From contig CAMTYL010000004.1 in assembly GCA_947085985.1 (NCBI GenBank), positions 61,547-125,546 on the forward strand: 64,000 bases of DNA, in the 5' to 3' direction. The notes beneath the pieces are model-generated. The model was not told the DNA's origin. It saw only the letters and a list, made by a program, of their open reading frames with translations, and did no database searches. Source of the stretch: an uncultured bacterium (lineage in GTDB: Bacteria; Patescibacteriota; Minisyncoccia; Phycocordibacterales; Phycocordibacteraceae). Of the stretch, positions 50,245 through 59,990 are shown one piece after another. Within the stretch, counting starts at the first letter, position 1. Each line of letters starts with the position of its first letter. The position numbers and the translations under genes are program-made.

Positions 50245-51450
50245 CTAAATCTTGTCCGAAAGAGAGTAAATCGGCGTGATCATTGAAACAGCAAAGACTC
50301 CCACGAACACGCCGATAAAGAGCATCAAAAGCGGCTCAATAATGGTGGAGAGGTCTTTCGTTCTGTCCTCCACATCAGTCTCGTAGTACTCTGCCACCTG
50401 TCCCAACATGTCAGACACCTTTCCTGTTTCCTCGCCCACCAAAATCATGTCGGTAAAAAATGCTGGGTAGAGCTTTGGATACTTATTAAATGTTGCGGAG
50501 AGCGCTTCTCCTTTGCGCACACTCTCCTCCGCTTCAACAAGCACCGCACCAAACACATTCTTCCCTACCACCTCCCCGGCAATGCTGATAGCAGTAAGCA
50601 TTTCAACTCCAGAGGAGAGGAGTGAGGAAAGTGAACGTGCAGCACGAGCACCCATGGTCTCGCGCACCAAGTCTCCAATGACGGGGATACGCAAAGCAGC
50701 CTGCAAAATAAGTGCGCTTCCGACACGTGAGTGGGTGAAGGCATACACAGCACCAAAGAACCCCGCAAGGAGGAGGAGCGAAACGATTATGTTGTTTGCC
50801 AGGAAGTCAGAGACCCCAATAATAATCTTTGTCGCCGTAGGAAGCTCAACACCAAGCGACTCAAACGTGGCAGAAAGTGTTGGCACCACAAACATAAGCA
50901 TCAGCACGCCAATCACCACAATGGCAGAGAGAATAATGCTTGGGTAAATCATGGCCCCCTTTACTTTCTTTTGCAGCGTAAAGGAGCGGTCCATTTGCTT
51001 GGCAATAGACTTGAGAGACTCGGCAAGAGTTCCCGATTCTTCGCCTGCCTTTGCCATTGCGATGAACAACTCGGGAAACACTTTCCGATGCATCATCAGT
51101 GCTTCGTGGAACGACCCGCCTGTTTTGATTTTCTCTTCAATGCTTGCGACTACCGCTTTCAAGTATTTGTTCTTTGACTGACGCTCAATAACGGACAGTG
51201 CGCGCGAAAGTGTGAGTCCTGCGGAAAGCATGGCTCCGAGGTTCTTGGTAAACGTAATCTTCTCCTCGGTTTTAATACCGGTACCAAACACAATGCCACC
51301 CGTTTTTTTTGGGTCCTTTGCTTCAGCAACATCAAGTACCGTCACACCCTCTGCTTCTAGTTGCGAATACACCGAGAAACGATTCTCCGCATCTATCATT
51401 CGCTTCTCTTTTGCACCGTCTTTTGTTTGAACGGATACGCGAAATTTCAT
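50245..51450 (-). CDS. pilC: type IV pilus assembly platform protein PilC (GspF family)
   Basis: two T2SSF repeats, 3 TM. Confidence 0.85.
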   Translation of the reverse strand: MKFRVSVQTKDGAKEKRMIDAENRFSVYSQLEAEGVTVLDVAEAKDPKKTGGIVFGTGIKTEEKITFTKNLGAMLSAGLTLSRALSVIERQSKNKYLKAVVASIEEKIKTGGSFHEALMMHRKVFPELFIAMAKAGEESGTLAESLKSIAKQMDRSFTLQKKVKGAMIYPSIILSAIVVIGVLMLMFVVPTLSATFESLGVELPTATKIIIGVSDFLANNIIVSLLLLAGFFGAVYAFTHSRVGSALILQAALRIPVIGDLVRETMGARAARSLSSLLSSGVEMLTAISIAGEVVGKNVFGAVLVEAEESVRKGEALSATFNKYPKLYPAFFTDMILVGEETGKVSDMLGQVAEYYETDVEDRTKDLSTIIEPLLMLFIGVFVGVFAVSMITPIYSLSDKI

Positions 51451-51521
51451 TACTGCTATCGTAGCATGCAAAAAGTTTTGGGCCGGACTTTCTCATGGAG
51501 AGTCCGGCCCGAAGTTGGTGG

Positions 51522-51854
51522 CTAGTGCCATACGTGCGTTCGCACAAAGTCCACCGAAGCGGCGATCGCGGAGGCAATAGCGATGCCGAGCGCAACCGTT
51601 GCCACCCATTCAAGCGCGACTGGCAGCTGTGGCACGAATGCAAGACTCACGCTAGGAACGCCGAGTGCGAGGCTCCACATACAGAGCCCGTCGCGCGAGG
51701 GTCTCGCAAAAACGAGCAGGATTCCTGCAGAGAGTCCGCAGGCGCCCACATACAGCGGGTCAAACCCGAGCACGGCGCCTAAAAGAGCGCCGCTGACGCC
51801 GGCGAAAGCACCCACACAAAGAGCAATATCTCCTTCAATTACAAATTTAGTCAT
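51522..51854 (-). CDS. small hydrophobic membrane protein between pilB and pilC
   Basis: ~110 aa, 3-4 TM; palindromic hairpin downstream. Confidence 0.4.
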   Translation of the reverse strand: MTKFVIEGDIALCVGAFAGVSGALLGAVLGFDPLYVGACGLSAGILLVFARPSRDGLCMWSLALGVPSVSLAFVPQLPVALEWVATVALGIAIASAIAASVDFVRTHVWH

Positions 51855-51946
51855 TGAATAGCCCTCCACCACAGTCAAACAGGTAGTCCGTTTGATACTA
51901 CGGCTCTGTAGTAGATATACACCCGAGCGAGTGAAGGTACCAGCGA

Positions 51947-53698
51947 CTACTCGGTGACTGCACGAAGCACTTCTTCAAGACTAGTGATGCCTCGCGCCGC
52001 TTTGTATATACCGTCGTCAAGCATGGTGAGCATTCCTTCTTTGCGCGCCTGCGCCTCAATCGCGTCAGGAGACGCATTGTGAAGTATCAAATCACGAATG
52101 GTAGGAGACACGGTCATAATTTCGTGAATACCGATACGGCTCTTGTATCCATCTTCGCACTCCGTAGACGGTTGCGGGTGGTAGAACGGCAGCTCGGTAA
52201 GCTTTGTCCCCGCCTTTACTAACTTTTCCTCGGTGAGTGAATTAAGCGCAGCCATGAAGTGGTCCTCGCTCGCCACTTTTTCGCGCTCTGCTTTATCAGG
52301 AATGTATTCCTCCTTGCTGTCGCAAAGTCTGCGCACCAAGCGCTGCCCCACTACCAAGCGAAGCGTGGAGACAAGGAGGAACGGCTCCACACCCATATCA
52401 ATGAGACGCGGAATAGCGCCTGCTGCCGAGTTGGTGTGAATGGTAGAGAGCACAACGTGTCCGGTGAGCGCGGCGTTAATAGCAAGCGAAGCGGTCTCGC
52501 TGTCACGAATCTCTCCCACCATGATGATGTTTGGGTCCTGGCGAAGGAGCGAGCGCAGTCCCTGCGCAAACGTAAACCCAATAGCAGGGTTCACCTGCGT
52601 TTGATTCACGCGCTTCATCTGGTATTCAATCGGGTCTTCTACTGTGGAAATGTTTACGTCGGGCGTATTTAAAATATCCAGAATGGTGTAGAGCGTGGTG
52701 GTTTTTCCGGAACCAGTAGGGCCCGACACGAGGATGATGCCCGTCGTCTGCTTCATTGCCTTGTGAATGCGCTCCATCGTCTCCCCGTGGAAGCCGAGCG
52801 TTTCAAGAGAGAAGCCCTCCCCCGTCTCGCGAAGCAAGCGCATCACGATTTTTTCTCCGTAGTAGGTTGGCAGCATGGACACACGGAAGGACACTTTGTC
52901 GCCATCACTCTCCATTTTGAATCGGCCGTCCTGCGGCAAACGTTTCTCGTCCAGCTTGAGTGAGGACAACACCTTAATACGCGCAATGATTCCCGGCCCC
53001 GCGTCTTTGGGCAGAGTCATCGCGTCGTGGAGCATGCCGTCAATGCGATAGCGCACAAGTACTTGGTCCTCTAACTGTTCAATATGAATGTCGGAGGCTG
53101 CCTGAATAATGGCGTGACGAAGGAGCGTGTCCACAATACGTACAATCGGCAAATCTTCCGCCATTTTTTTGAGGTCGTCGCCCGACACTTCGTTCCCGTC
53201 ACTGTCCTTAATGAGGTTGATGCGCCCCGACTCGGTTGCAATCAAGTCACCAAACTCTTCTTTGAGAGACTTCTGATACTGAAGCAATGTGTGCTTCAGC
53301 GAGTCGTCGTCGGTAAGACGCGCCAAAATAGTAAGCCCCGTAGTTTTTCGCACGGAATCAATTGCAGGCAGGTCCTCCGTATCAAGCATCGCTACCTCAA
53401 GCTCCTTGTCTCCTTTACGAAACGCCACAATGCTGTGCGTGCGTGCGATTGGCTCTGGAATAAGTGAAAGCACTTCAAGAGGAATCTTTCTGTCCTTCAA
53501 GTTTATAAACGGAATGCCGAGCACGTACGCTTTAATGCGACGGAGTGCATCAGTTGAAAGCTGGCCGCTTGATACTAAAATATCTCCGATTGATTGCTTT
53601 CGCTCCTTTGCCTCCTTGTCTGCAGCTTCAACGTCCTTCCGGGAAACGAGTCCGGAATCAAGAATAAATTCTTTTAGTTCGCTTTCAGATACTTGCAT
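51947..53698 (-). CDS. pilB: type IV pilus assembly ATPase PilB (GspE family)
   Basis: Walker A GPTGSGKTT, Asp box, His box, N-terminal GSPII domains. Confidence 0.9.
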   Translation of the reverse strand: MQVSESELKEFILDSGLVSRKDVEAADKEAKERKQSIGDILVSSGQLSTDALRRIKAYVLGIPFINLKDRKIPLEVLSLIPEPIARTHSIVAFRKGDKELEVAMLDTEDLPAIDSVRKTTGLTILARLTDDDSLKHTLLQYQKSLKEEFGDLIATESGRINLIKDSDGNEVSGDDLKKMAEDLPIVRIVDTLLRHAIIQAASDIHIEQLEDQVLVRYRIDGMLHDAMTLPKDAGPGIIARIKVLSSLKLDEKRLPQDGRFKMESDGDKVSFRVSMLPTYYGEKIVMRLLRETGEGFSLETLGFHGETMERIHKAMKQTTGIILVSGPTGSGKTTTLYTILDILNTPDVNISTVEDPIEYQMKRVNQTQVNPAIGFTFAQGLRSLLRQDPNIIMVGEIRDSETASLAINAALTGHVVLSTIHTNSAAGAIPRLIDMGVEPFLLVSTLRLVVGQRLVRRLCDSKEEYIPDKAEREKVASEDHFMAALNSLTEEKLVKAGTKLTELPFYHPQPSTECEDGYKSRIGIHEIMTVSPTIRDLILHNASPDAIEAQARKEGMLTMLDDGIYKAARGITSLEEVLRAVTE

Positions 53699-53838
53699 GT
53701 AAAAAGTTCGTATTAAAAGTATAGCGCGCACACGCTTCGCGTTCGCGCGTTTATATTTTTGCTACGGGGAAAAGAAGAACGCCCGCACATTGCTGTGCGG
53801 GCGCTTTCGTCTCCATGGTGTGTTGAAAGGTTGTGCGA

Positions 53839-54396
53839 TTACTCGCAGCAGGGGGCAGTGATCACCAGCGGCGAGACCGTCGTGACCTTGGACGGCGGCG
53901 CCTGCGTGAACCTGCCGGCGCGCGCGTCCATGATGTCGCCCGGATGGAGCGGAATGTTCAGCTCCACCGTCTTCTGATAGCGGGCGAGGTGACGGGCGTG
54001 CTGGTACGTCACCAGGAAGCTCCGGCCGCAAAGCCCCTTCGGGAGTTGCGGTACGTCGGCCTTACAGGACTCCGTCGCGTAGACGGGCAGGTCGACACGT
54101 TCGGCCGCCCTGACGGCGATCCGGAGCTTTGCCACCGGGTCTTTGGTCGCGGTGACGTAGTTCACCACCGCGTCGTCCTGCTTGGCCGTGAATGCCGCCG
54201 GCAGCTGGTTGATCTGCCATTTCTGGTAGATGCCCCACCCCATCACGACCAGAATGATGGCCACGATGGTGAAGCCGGCAGCAATGACGGTGGGCACGAA
54301 GTCAAAGCGGTCAGGGTCACCACTGATACTGTCCTCGTACTCCGTCGCCGGAGTTATGGGATCGGTGCAACTGCTACAAGTGGTGGTGTCGCTCAT
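53839..54396 (-). CDS. hypothetical membrane-anchored protein, GC3-rich
   Basis: 185 aa, one TM helix, Cys pairs at both termini; terminator hairpin downstream. Confidence 0.45.
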   Translation of the reverse strand: MSDTTTCSSCTDPITPATEYEDSISGDPDRFDFVPTVIAAGFTIVAIILVVMGWGIYQKWQINQLPAAFTAKQDDAVVNYVTATKDPVAKLRIAVRAAERVDLPVYATESCKADVPQLPKGLCGRSFLVTYQHARHLARYQKTVELNIPLHPGDIMDARAGRFTQAPPSKVTTVSPLVITAPCCE

Positions 54397-54662
54397 GTTC
54401 AGATTCCCCTTTCAAGGGTGTATGGAGACGGTCAAAGAGCAGTGCGCCCTTGATCCAGTCTCCAGCTAATGGAAATGGAGGGCCAAAACAAAAGCCCAAA
54501 CGCATATATATATTACACCACTATGACCCAATAGTCAAGCTGGGCATATTGACTGAATCTACCTATATATGGTATGTTTTACCTATCTGAGATGTCCGGG
54601 AACCCGGGCATTTCTTGTTAAGAATGCAGTGTTTGCATGAACCTGAGGTAAAATTGCCAAAT

Positions 54663-54745
54663 GCGAGGCGTGGGCAGGCCAGCGAGTGAGGCGTACTGAA
54701 TAGTACGATGAACGAGCTGGACGGGGGCCCGCAACGAAGCAGGTG
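54663..54745 (+). repeat. conserved intergenic element, copy E (GCGAGGCGTGGGCAGG ... CGTACTGAATAGTACGATGAACGAGC ... GGGGGCCCGCAACGAAGCAGGTG)
   Basis: terminal GTG 54743 opens the nusA ORF in frame. Confidence 0.65.
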
Positions 54746-54808
54746 GTGATTTTAGACAGGTTCCCTGGGCGACAATTACATACAGGTACTACAACTAAAT
54801 ACAGGCTT

Positions 54809-56200
54809 ATGTTGGATCTAAAGACAATCAATTCAGTGCTCGGCGAGTTTGAGGAGCGTGGCATCACCAAGGAGGTGATGGTGGACGCTATTGAGCAGGC
54901 CATGGCTACTGCCTACAAGAAGGAGTACGGAAAGCGCGGACAGGTAATCCGTGGCATTTTGGACATGAATACGGGCACCGTTGCGTTTGAGCAGGTAAAG
55001 ACCGTCGTAGACGAGTCCATGGTGCGCTTCCCTGAGGAAGGCGAGGAGGAAATTGTGCACGCTCCAGAACAGCACGGACACCGTGAGGAGGTAGAAATAC
55101 TCAACGAGGGCGAGCTTCCACGCTTTGATGCCGAGAAGCACATGTTGATTGACGACGCCAAGCGTATTAAGCGTGGTGTTGAGGTGGGCGAGGAAATGAT
55201 TTTCCCGCTTGAGCCACAGGACGACTTTGGCCGCATTGCTGCACAAACGGCAAAGCAGGTAGTTATTCAGAAGATTCGCGAGGCTGAGAAGCTTTCTATC
55301 TTGGACGAGTTCGGTCACAAGAAGGGCGAGATTGTCTCTGGTATCGTGCAGCGCGTTGAGCGCGGTGCAGTATTTATTGACCTTGGTCGTGCTACCGGCA
55401 TCATTCCCTACGAGGAACAGATTCCTGGAGAGCGCTTCCGTGGTGGCGAGCGCATTCGCGCATACCTCTACGCCGTAGACGAAGGATTCCGTGGCGTATA
55501 CCTACGCCTCTCCCGCTCTCACCCGCGTTTCATCGTGAAGCTGTTTGAGCTTGAGGCTCCAGAGCTTGCAAACGGTGCTATTGAAGTAAAGGGTCTTGCG
55601 CGCGAGCCAGGAAGTCGCACCAAGATTGCTATTGCTTCAACCGACCCACACGTAGACCCTGTAGGCTCACTCGTAGGACAGCGCGGCGTACGTGTGTCTA
55701 CGGTGATGAGCGAGCTTGGTGGTGAGCGCATCGATATTATTGAGTGGTCAGAGGACCAGGCTGCCTACATCAAGGAGTCTCTCTCCCCCGCTACCGCACT
55801 TGATATTGTGCTCGACGAGGAAGGACACCGTGCAACGGTGACCGTGTCTGAAGACCAGCAGTCACTGGCCATTGGTCGTGGCGGACAGAATGTGCGCCTC
55901 GCTGCAAAGCTCACCGGCTGGAACATTGATATCAACTCTGTTGGTGGGGCTCACGCAGAGGCAGAGGCAGCAGTTGCAACACCTGAAGGCGTAAGCGACG
56001 AGGTGATTGAAGAGCTAGAAGCAGCGGAAGACGCTGACCCAGCAGTTGCTGCAGGCATTGACCCAACCGAGACTGAGTCCGTTATCACTGAGGAAGAGCC
56101 AGAATCTTCAGCGCTACCCGCTGAGGAGGAGCTCACCAAGAGTGACGAGTCTAACGATTCAATCGTGGACGAGAACGAGGCTCGCGACGAAGCTAAGTAA
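54809..56200 (+). CDS. nusA: transcription termination/antitermination factor NusA with acidic C-terminal tail
   Basis: S1 and tandem KH domains; frame is open from GTG 54743, first ATG at 54809. Confidence 0.9.
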   Translation: MLDLKTINSVLGEFEERGITKEVMVDAIEQAMATAYKKEYGKRGQVIRGILDMNTGTVAFEQVKTVVDESMVRFPEEGEEEIVHAPEQHGHREEVEILNEGELPRFDAEKHMLIDDAKRIKRGVEVGEEMIFPLEPQDDFGRIAAQTAKQVVIQKIREAEKLSILDEFGHKKGEIVSGIVQRVERGAVFIDLGRATGIIPYEEQIPGERFRGGERIRAYLYAVDEGFRGVYLRLSRSHPRFIVKLFELEAPELANGAIEVKGLAREPGSRTKIAIASTDPHVDPVGSLVGQRGVRVSTVMSELGGERIDIIEWSEDQAAYIKESLSPATALDIVLDEEGHRATVTVSEDQQSLAIGRGGQNVRLAAKLTGWNIDINSVGGAHAEAEAAVATPEGVSDEVIEELEAAEDADPAVAAGIDPTETESVITEEEPESSALPAEEELTKSDESNDSIVDENEARDEAK

Positions 56201-56215
56201 TTCCAATCTAATTGT

Positions 56216-56737
56216 ATGAACTTGCTACACGATGTAGTGTCCGGCACCGCCGAGGAGATGAATGTCATTATTGAGATTCCAAAAGGTTCTAAGAACAAGT
56301 ACGAGATTGATAAGGAGACAGGGCTTATTGCGCTTGATCGCGTGATGCACTCTGCTCAGGACTACCCGTTTGATTACGGATTTGTGCCACAGACCCTGTG
56401 GGACGATGGCGACGCACTGGACGTGGTACTGCTTACCACCTATCCACTGATGCCAGGCATCCTCGTGCGTGCTCGCCCGGTTGCTATTCTTCCTATGGTT
56501 GATGGTGGCGAGTCTGATGCAAAGATTCTAGCGGTTCCCTGCGACGACCCTCGTTTCAAGGAGATTGCTGACCTTGCCGACGTGAACAAGCACACGCTCA
56601 AGGAAATCACGCACTTCTTCTTGACCTACAAGACGATTCAGGACAAGGAAGTGACGCTTGGTGAGTGGGGTGGCAAGGCGGATGCTGAAGCTGCGTTTAC
56701 TCGCTCTCGCGAGATGTACGACGCAAAGAAGGACTAG
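56216..56737 (+). CDS. ppa: inorganic pyrophosphatase
   Basis: family I PPase motifs (DGDALDVVL, KIL). Confidence 0.9.
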   Translation: MNLLHDVVSGTAEEMNVIIEIPKGSKNKYEIDKETGLIALDRVMHSAQDYPFDYGFVPQTLWDDGDALDVVLLTTYPLMPGILVRARPVAILPMVDGGESDAKILAVPCDDPRFKEIADLADVNKHTLKEITHFFLTYKTIQDKEVTLGEWGGKADAEAAFTRSREMYDAKKD

Positions 56738-56753
56738 GAATTTGGACGTGTTC

Positions 56754-56784
56754 AAAAGGCCACAGCATTCTGTTGTGGCCTTTT
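56754..56784 (+). terminator. rho-independent terminator
   Basis: AAAA-GGCCACA-gcattctgt-TGTGGCC-TTTT. Confidence 0.6.
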
Positions 56785-56821
56785 GTCGTGCCCAGCACGA
56801 GAGGGGTATACTGATATAACT

Positions 56822-57019
56822 ATGGAACCAGCAAATACCCCAATCCCACAGAAAGCGCCCGGCGCATACGGCAGCCTATTCTCTATCATCATGATTGTCG
56901 TCATCCTCGTGGTGGGCGCCTTCTACGTATGGAACAAGCGTGTGGCACAGAATTACCAGTACGCAACGCCAGAACAAGAGACGGTGCAAGTAGAGGCTGC
57001 GGTGTCAGCTCAAGAGTAG
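56822..57019 (+). CDS. possible 65-aa single-TM protein
   Basis: ORF with weak SD. Confidence 0.35.
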   Translation: MEPANTPIPQKAPGAYGSLFSIIMIVVILVVGAFYVWNKRVAQNYQYATPEQETVQVEAAVSAQE

Positions 57020-57077
57020 CCCACATTCGTCTCTGTCTGTTTTTCTGGTACTATTCCCCCACTAACCCACTATATAT

Positions 57078-57683
57078 ATGAGTAAAGAAACCCCACGCGC
57101 TTCAATGCTTGTCCCGATGGTGATTGAGAAGTCACAGTTTGGCGAGCGTGCATACGACATCTACTCACGCCTCCTTCGTGAGCGCATTGTGTTCCTCTCT
57201 GGTGGTGTGGACGACGACGTGGCAAACCTCGTCGTGGCACAGCTCCTTTTCCTTGAAGCAGAGGACCCAAAGAAAGACATCTTCCTCTACATCAACTCTC
57301 CGGGAGGTTCTGTCTCTGCAGGTCTTGCGATTGTGGACACCATGAATCACATCAAGCCGTCTGTTGCGACGGTTGTGGTTGGTATGGCGGCTTCTATGGG
57401 TTCAGTGATTCTAGCCTCTGGTGCCAAGGGTAAGCGCTTCGCACTTCCAAACGCTGAGGTGATGATTCACCAGCCGTGGGGCGGAGTGCAGGGACAGGCA
57501 GCCGATATTGAGATCACGGCGCGTCACATCCTCGCTACCCGCGACCGCTTGAACAAGCTTCTCGCAAAAGCATCTGGTCAGACACTGGCTAAGGTTGAGA
57601 AGGACGTGGACCGCGACTTCTTTATGACCGCAGACGAGGCCAAGAAGTACGGCCTGATTGATACCGTCTACAAGACTAAGTAG
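57078..57683 (+). CDS. clpP: ATP-dependent Clp protease proteolytic subunit
   Basis: catalytic Ser in GMAASMG, His in MIHQP; TATATAT immediately precedes the ATG (possibly leaderless). Confidence 0.95.
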   Translation: MSKETPRASMLVPMVIEKSQFGERAYDIYSRLLRERIVFLSGGVDDDVANLVVAQLLFLEAEDPKKDIFLYINSPGGSVSAGLAIVDTMNHIKPSVATVVVGMAASMGSVILASGAKGKRFALPNAEVMIHQPWGGVQGQAADIEITARHILATRDRLNKLLAKASGQTLAKVEKDVDRDFFMTADEAKKYGLIDTVYKTK

Positions 57684-57695
57684 TGCACGCAGGAT

Positions 57696-57734
57696 GAACG
57701 AGAAACGGCGCCCTCCGGGCGCCGTTTCTCGTTC
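57696..57734 (+). terminator. 18-bp perfect-stem terminator after clpP
   Basis: GAACGAGAAACGGCGCCC-tcc-GGGCGCCGTTTCTCGTTC. Confidence 0.65.
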
Positions 57735-57855
57735 ATTTGCGCCCCCACCGCGCTGTGGCACACTGACTACAGCGGTTGTGTTCCTGAAGTACTGAGTATG
57801 GCTGATTATCTGAATCGATTTTATTTGCTCTAAATGCGCGTTCAGAAAGGCGGCA

Positions 57856-57940
57856 GTTGCTAGGCGCGGGAAGGTCGGCTCGCGAGCCGTACATAGAAGT
57901 ACGGTGAGCGTGACGACCGGGACCCGCAACAACGCAGATG
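57856..57940 (+). repeat. conserved intergenic element, copy D (GTTGCTAGGCGCGGGAAGG ... CGTACATAGAAGTACGGTGAGCGTGACGACCGGGACCCGCAACAACGCAGATG)
   Basis: terminal ATG 57938 opens an 8-codon uORF whose TGA stop lies 1 nt before the rny ATG. Confidence 0.7.
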
Positions 57941-57965
57941 CCCATTTCTGAGCGTGCACACTGAT

Positions 57966-59495
57966 ATGTCTATTAAATTAATACTGGCCCTGCTGGCCTT
58001 GAGTGGTCTTGCAGGAATCGCACTCGGATACACCCTGCGATTCCTCATTGCTCTTGGTCAGCGAGGCTCGCTTGAGCTTGAAGTGAAGCAAAAGCTCCTT
58101 GAAGCCAAGGAGCGCGCAGCGCGTATTATCCAGGAAGCAGAACTTCGCGCGGACGAAGTGGAGAACGAGCTCGCAGGACCGCTAAAAGAGCGCGAAGAAA
58201 AGCTTGATAAGAATACTGAACGCCTTGCTAAACGTGAAGAGTTTCTGGACGAACGCGAGCGTGCGCTCGCAGACGATACGGAAGAAGTGCGCAATCGCGA
58301 GAACGAAGTAGTGAACATAAAGCGCGAAGCGGACAAGCTGCTCGCGGAGCGCCGACTAGAACTTACTCGCCTGGGCAGACTCTCAGAAAACGAGGCGCGC
58401 GCCATGCTCATGCGCGATTTGGAGGAGACCTTAGAGGAATCTATTCTTGCGCGCCTGCAGAAGCTTGAAGCGCACGGCAAGGCGCGCCTTGAAGACAAGG
58501 CCCGCTCCATTCTCCTTACCACCATTCATCGCCTTGCTGCGAATGTGAACGCAGACGTCATGACGCTGTCTATCACTATTGCGTCAGAGGAGGTGAAGGG
58601 AAAGATTATCGGAAAAGAAGGCCGCAACATCAAAGCATTTGAGCGCGCCACGGGCGTGGAGGTGATTATTGACGACGCTCCGGACAAAATTACGATTTCT
58701 TCCTTTGACCCAATCCGCCGCCACACCGCAAAGCTTGCACTTGAGTCTTTGATTGAAGACGGCCGCATTCAGCCGGCAAAGATTGAGGAAGCGGTAGAGA
58801 AAGCAAAGGCGCAGATTCATGAAGTCATTAAGCAAAAGGGTGAAGAAGCAGCGTACGAAGTAGGGGTGGTTGGACTTGATTCCAAACTCGTGGCGCTCCT
58901 TGGTCGCCTACACTTCCGCACCAGCTACGGACAGAATGTGTTGCAGCACTCTATAGAAATGGCACACCTCTCTGGCATGCTCGCTGAAGAGCTTGGTGCT
59001 GATGCAGAGGTAGCGCGCACAGGCGCACTGCTTCATGACATCGGAAAGGCGGTGGACCACGAAGTACAGGGTACGCACGTAGAAATCGGGCGCAGAATTC
59101 TAGAGAAGTTTGGCGTGGATATACGCGTGATACAGGCAATGCAGTCGCATCACGAGGAATATCCGTATGAAACACCGGAATCAATGATTGTGCAGGTGGC
59201 AGACGCAATTAGTGCTGGGCGCCCTGGTGCGCGTCGCGATACGGTAGAGCGATACCTGGAGCGTTTGGGCGACCTAGAGCGCCTTGCAGCCTCGTATCCT
59301 GGCGTTGAGAAGGTATACGCCATCAGCGCAGGCCGCGAATTGCGTATCTTTGTGAATCCAGGCAAGGTCTCAGACATTGCCATGCACAAAATGGCGCGCG
59401 ATATTGCAAAGCGCGTGCAGGACGAGCTCAAATATCCAGGAGAAATTAAGGTAAACGTCATCCGCGAAAACCGTGTGGTGGAGTTTGCTCGGTAA
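57966..59495 (+). CDS. rny: ribonuclease Y
   Basis: N-terminal TM helix, coiled coil, KH domain, HD domain (LHDIGK). Confidence 0.9.
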   Translation: MSIKLILALLALSGLAGIALGYTLRFLIALGQRGSLELEVKQKLLEAKERAARIIQEAELRADEVENELAGPLKEREEKLDKNTERLAKREEFLDERERALADDTEEVRNRENEVVNIKREADKLLAERRLELTRLGRLSENEARAMLMRDLEETLEESILARLQKLEAHGKARLEDKARSILLTTIHRLAANVNADVMTLSITIASEEVKGKIIGKEGRNIKAFERATGVEVIIDDAPDKITISSFDPIRRHTAKLALESLIEDGRIQPAKIEEAVEKAKAQIHEVIKQKGEEAAYEVGVVGLDSKLVALLGRLHFRTSYGQNVLQHSIEMAHLSGMLAEELGADAEVARTGALLHDIGKAVDHEVQGTHVEIGRRILEKFGVDIRVIQAMQSHHEEYPYETPESMIVQVADAISAGRPGARRDTVERYLERLGDLERLAASYPGVEKVYAISAGRELRIFVNPGKVSDIAMHKMARDIAKRVQDELKYPGEIKVNVIRENRVVEFAR

Positions 59496-59514
59496 CACAT
59501 TGACACTTTTGAAG

Positions 59515-59540
59515 AAAATCGCCCCAATTGGGGCGATTTT
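59515..59540 (+). terminator. rho-independent terminator
   Basis: AAAATCGCCCC-aatt-GGGGCGATTTT. Confidence 0.65.
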
Positions 59541-59659
59541 CGCTATCCCCGTCAAGTTTTCCCAGCTATTGCAATATATGGCTCATTTCCTATACTTTCT
59601 TCGGTAGCCCTCTTGTGGGGCTCAGAGCCCTAGAGGAATTAACCCCCTAACGATTTCCT

Positions 59660-59932
59660 ATGAACAAAGCAGATATTGCAGGTAAGGTGCAGGAAGTGCT
59701 CGGTGGCACGAAGGCTGACGCAGAGCGCGCAGTTGAGTCTGTGATTGAGAGCATCACTTCTGGCCTTAAGTCTGGTGATGAGGTTTCAATTGCAGGTCTT
59801 GGTATCTTCAGTGCAAAGGCTCGTCCAGCACGCACCGGCCGCAACCCTCGCACTGGCGAGACCATTCGCATCGCTGCGACTCGCACTCCTAAGTTCCGCC
59901 CAGCAAAGGCGCTTAAGGACGCAGTAAAGTAG
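59660..59932 (+). CDS. hup: DNA-binding protein HU
   Basis: MNKADIAGKV ... GLGIFSAKARPARTGRNPRTGETI. Confidence 0.9.
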   Translation: MNKADIAGKVQEVLGGTKADAERAVESVIESITSGLKSGDEVSIAGLGIFSAKARPARTGRNPRTGETIRIAATRTPKFRPAKALKDAVK

Positions 59933-59951
59933 TTTCCAACTATTTCTCAAT

Positions 59952-59978
59952 AAAAGCCCCGCACACGCGGGGCTTTTA
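59952..59978. terminator. bidirectional terminator
   Basis: AAAAGCCCCGC-acac-GCGGGGCTTTT. Confidence 0.65.
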
Positions 59979-59990
59979 TTGTTTGCTCAT

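Noticed and set aside
57880-57915. Resemblance of GAGCCGTACATAGAAGTACGGTGAGC in copy D to group II intron domain V
   Set aside because: Stem arms do not pair as domain V does (no AGC triad/bulge geometry). There is no intron-encoded protein or other intron domains nearby.
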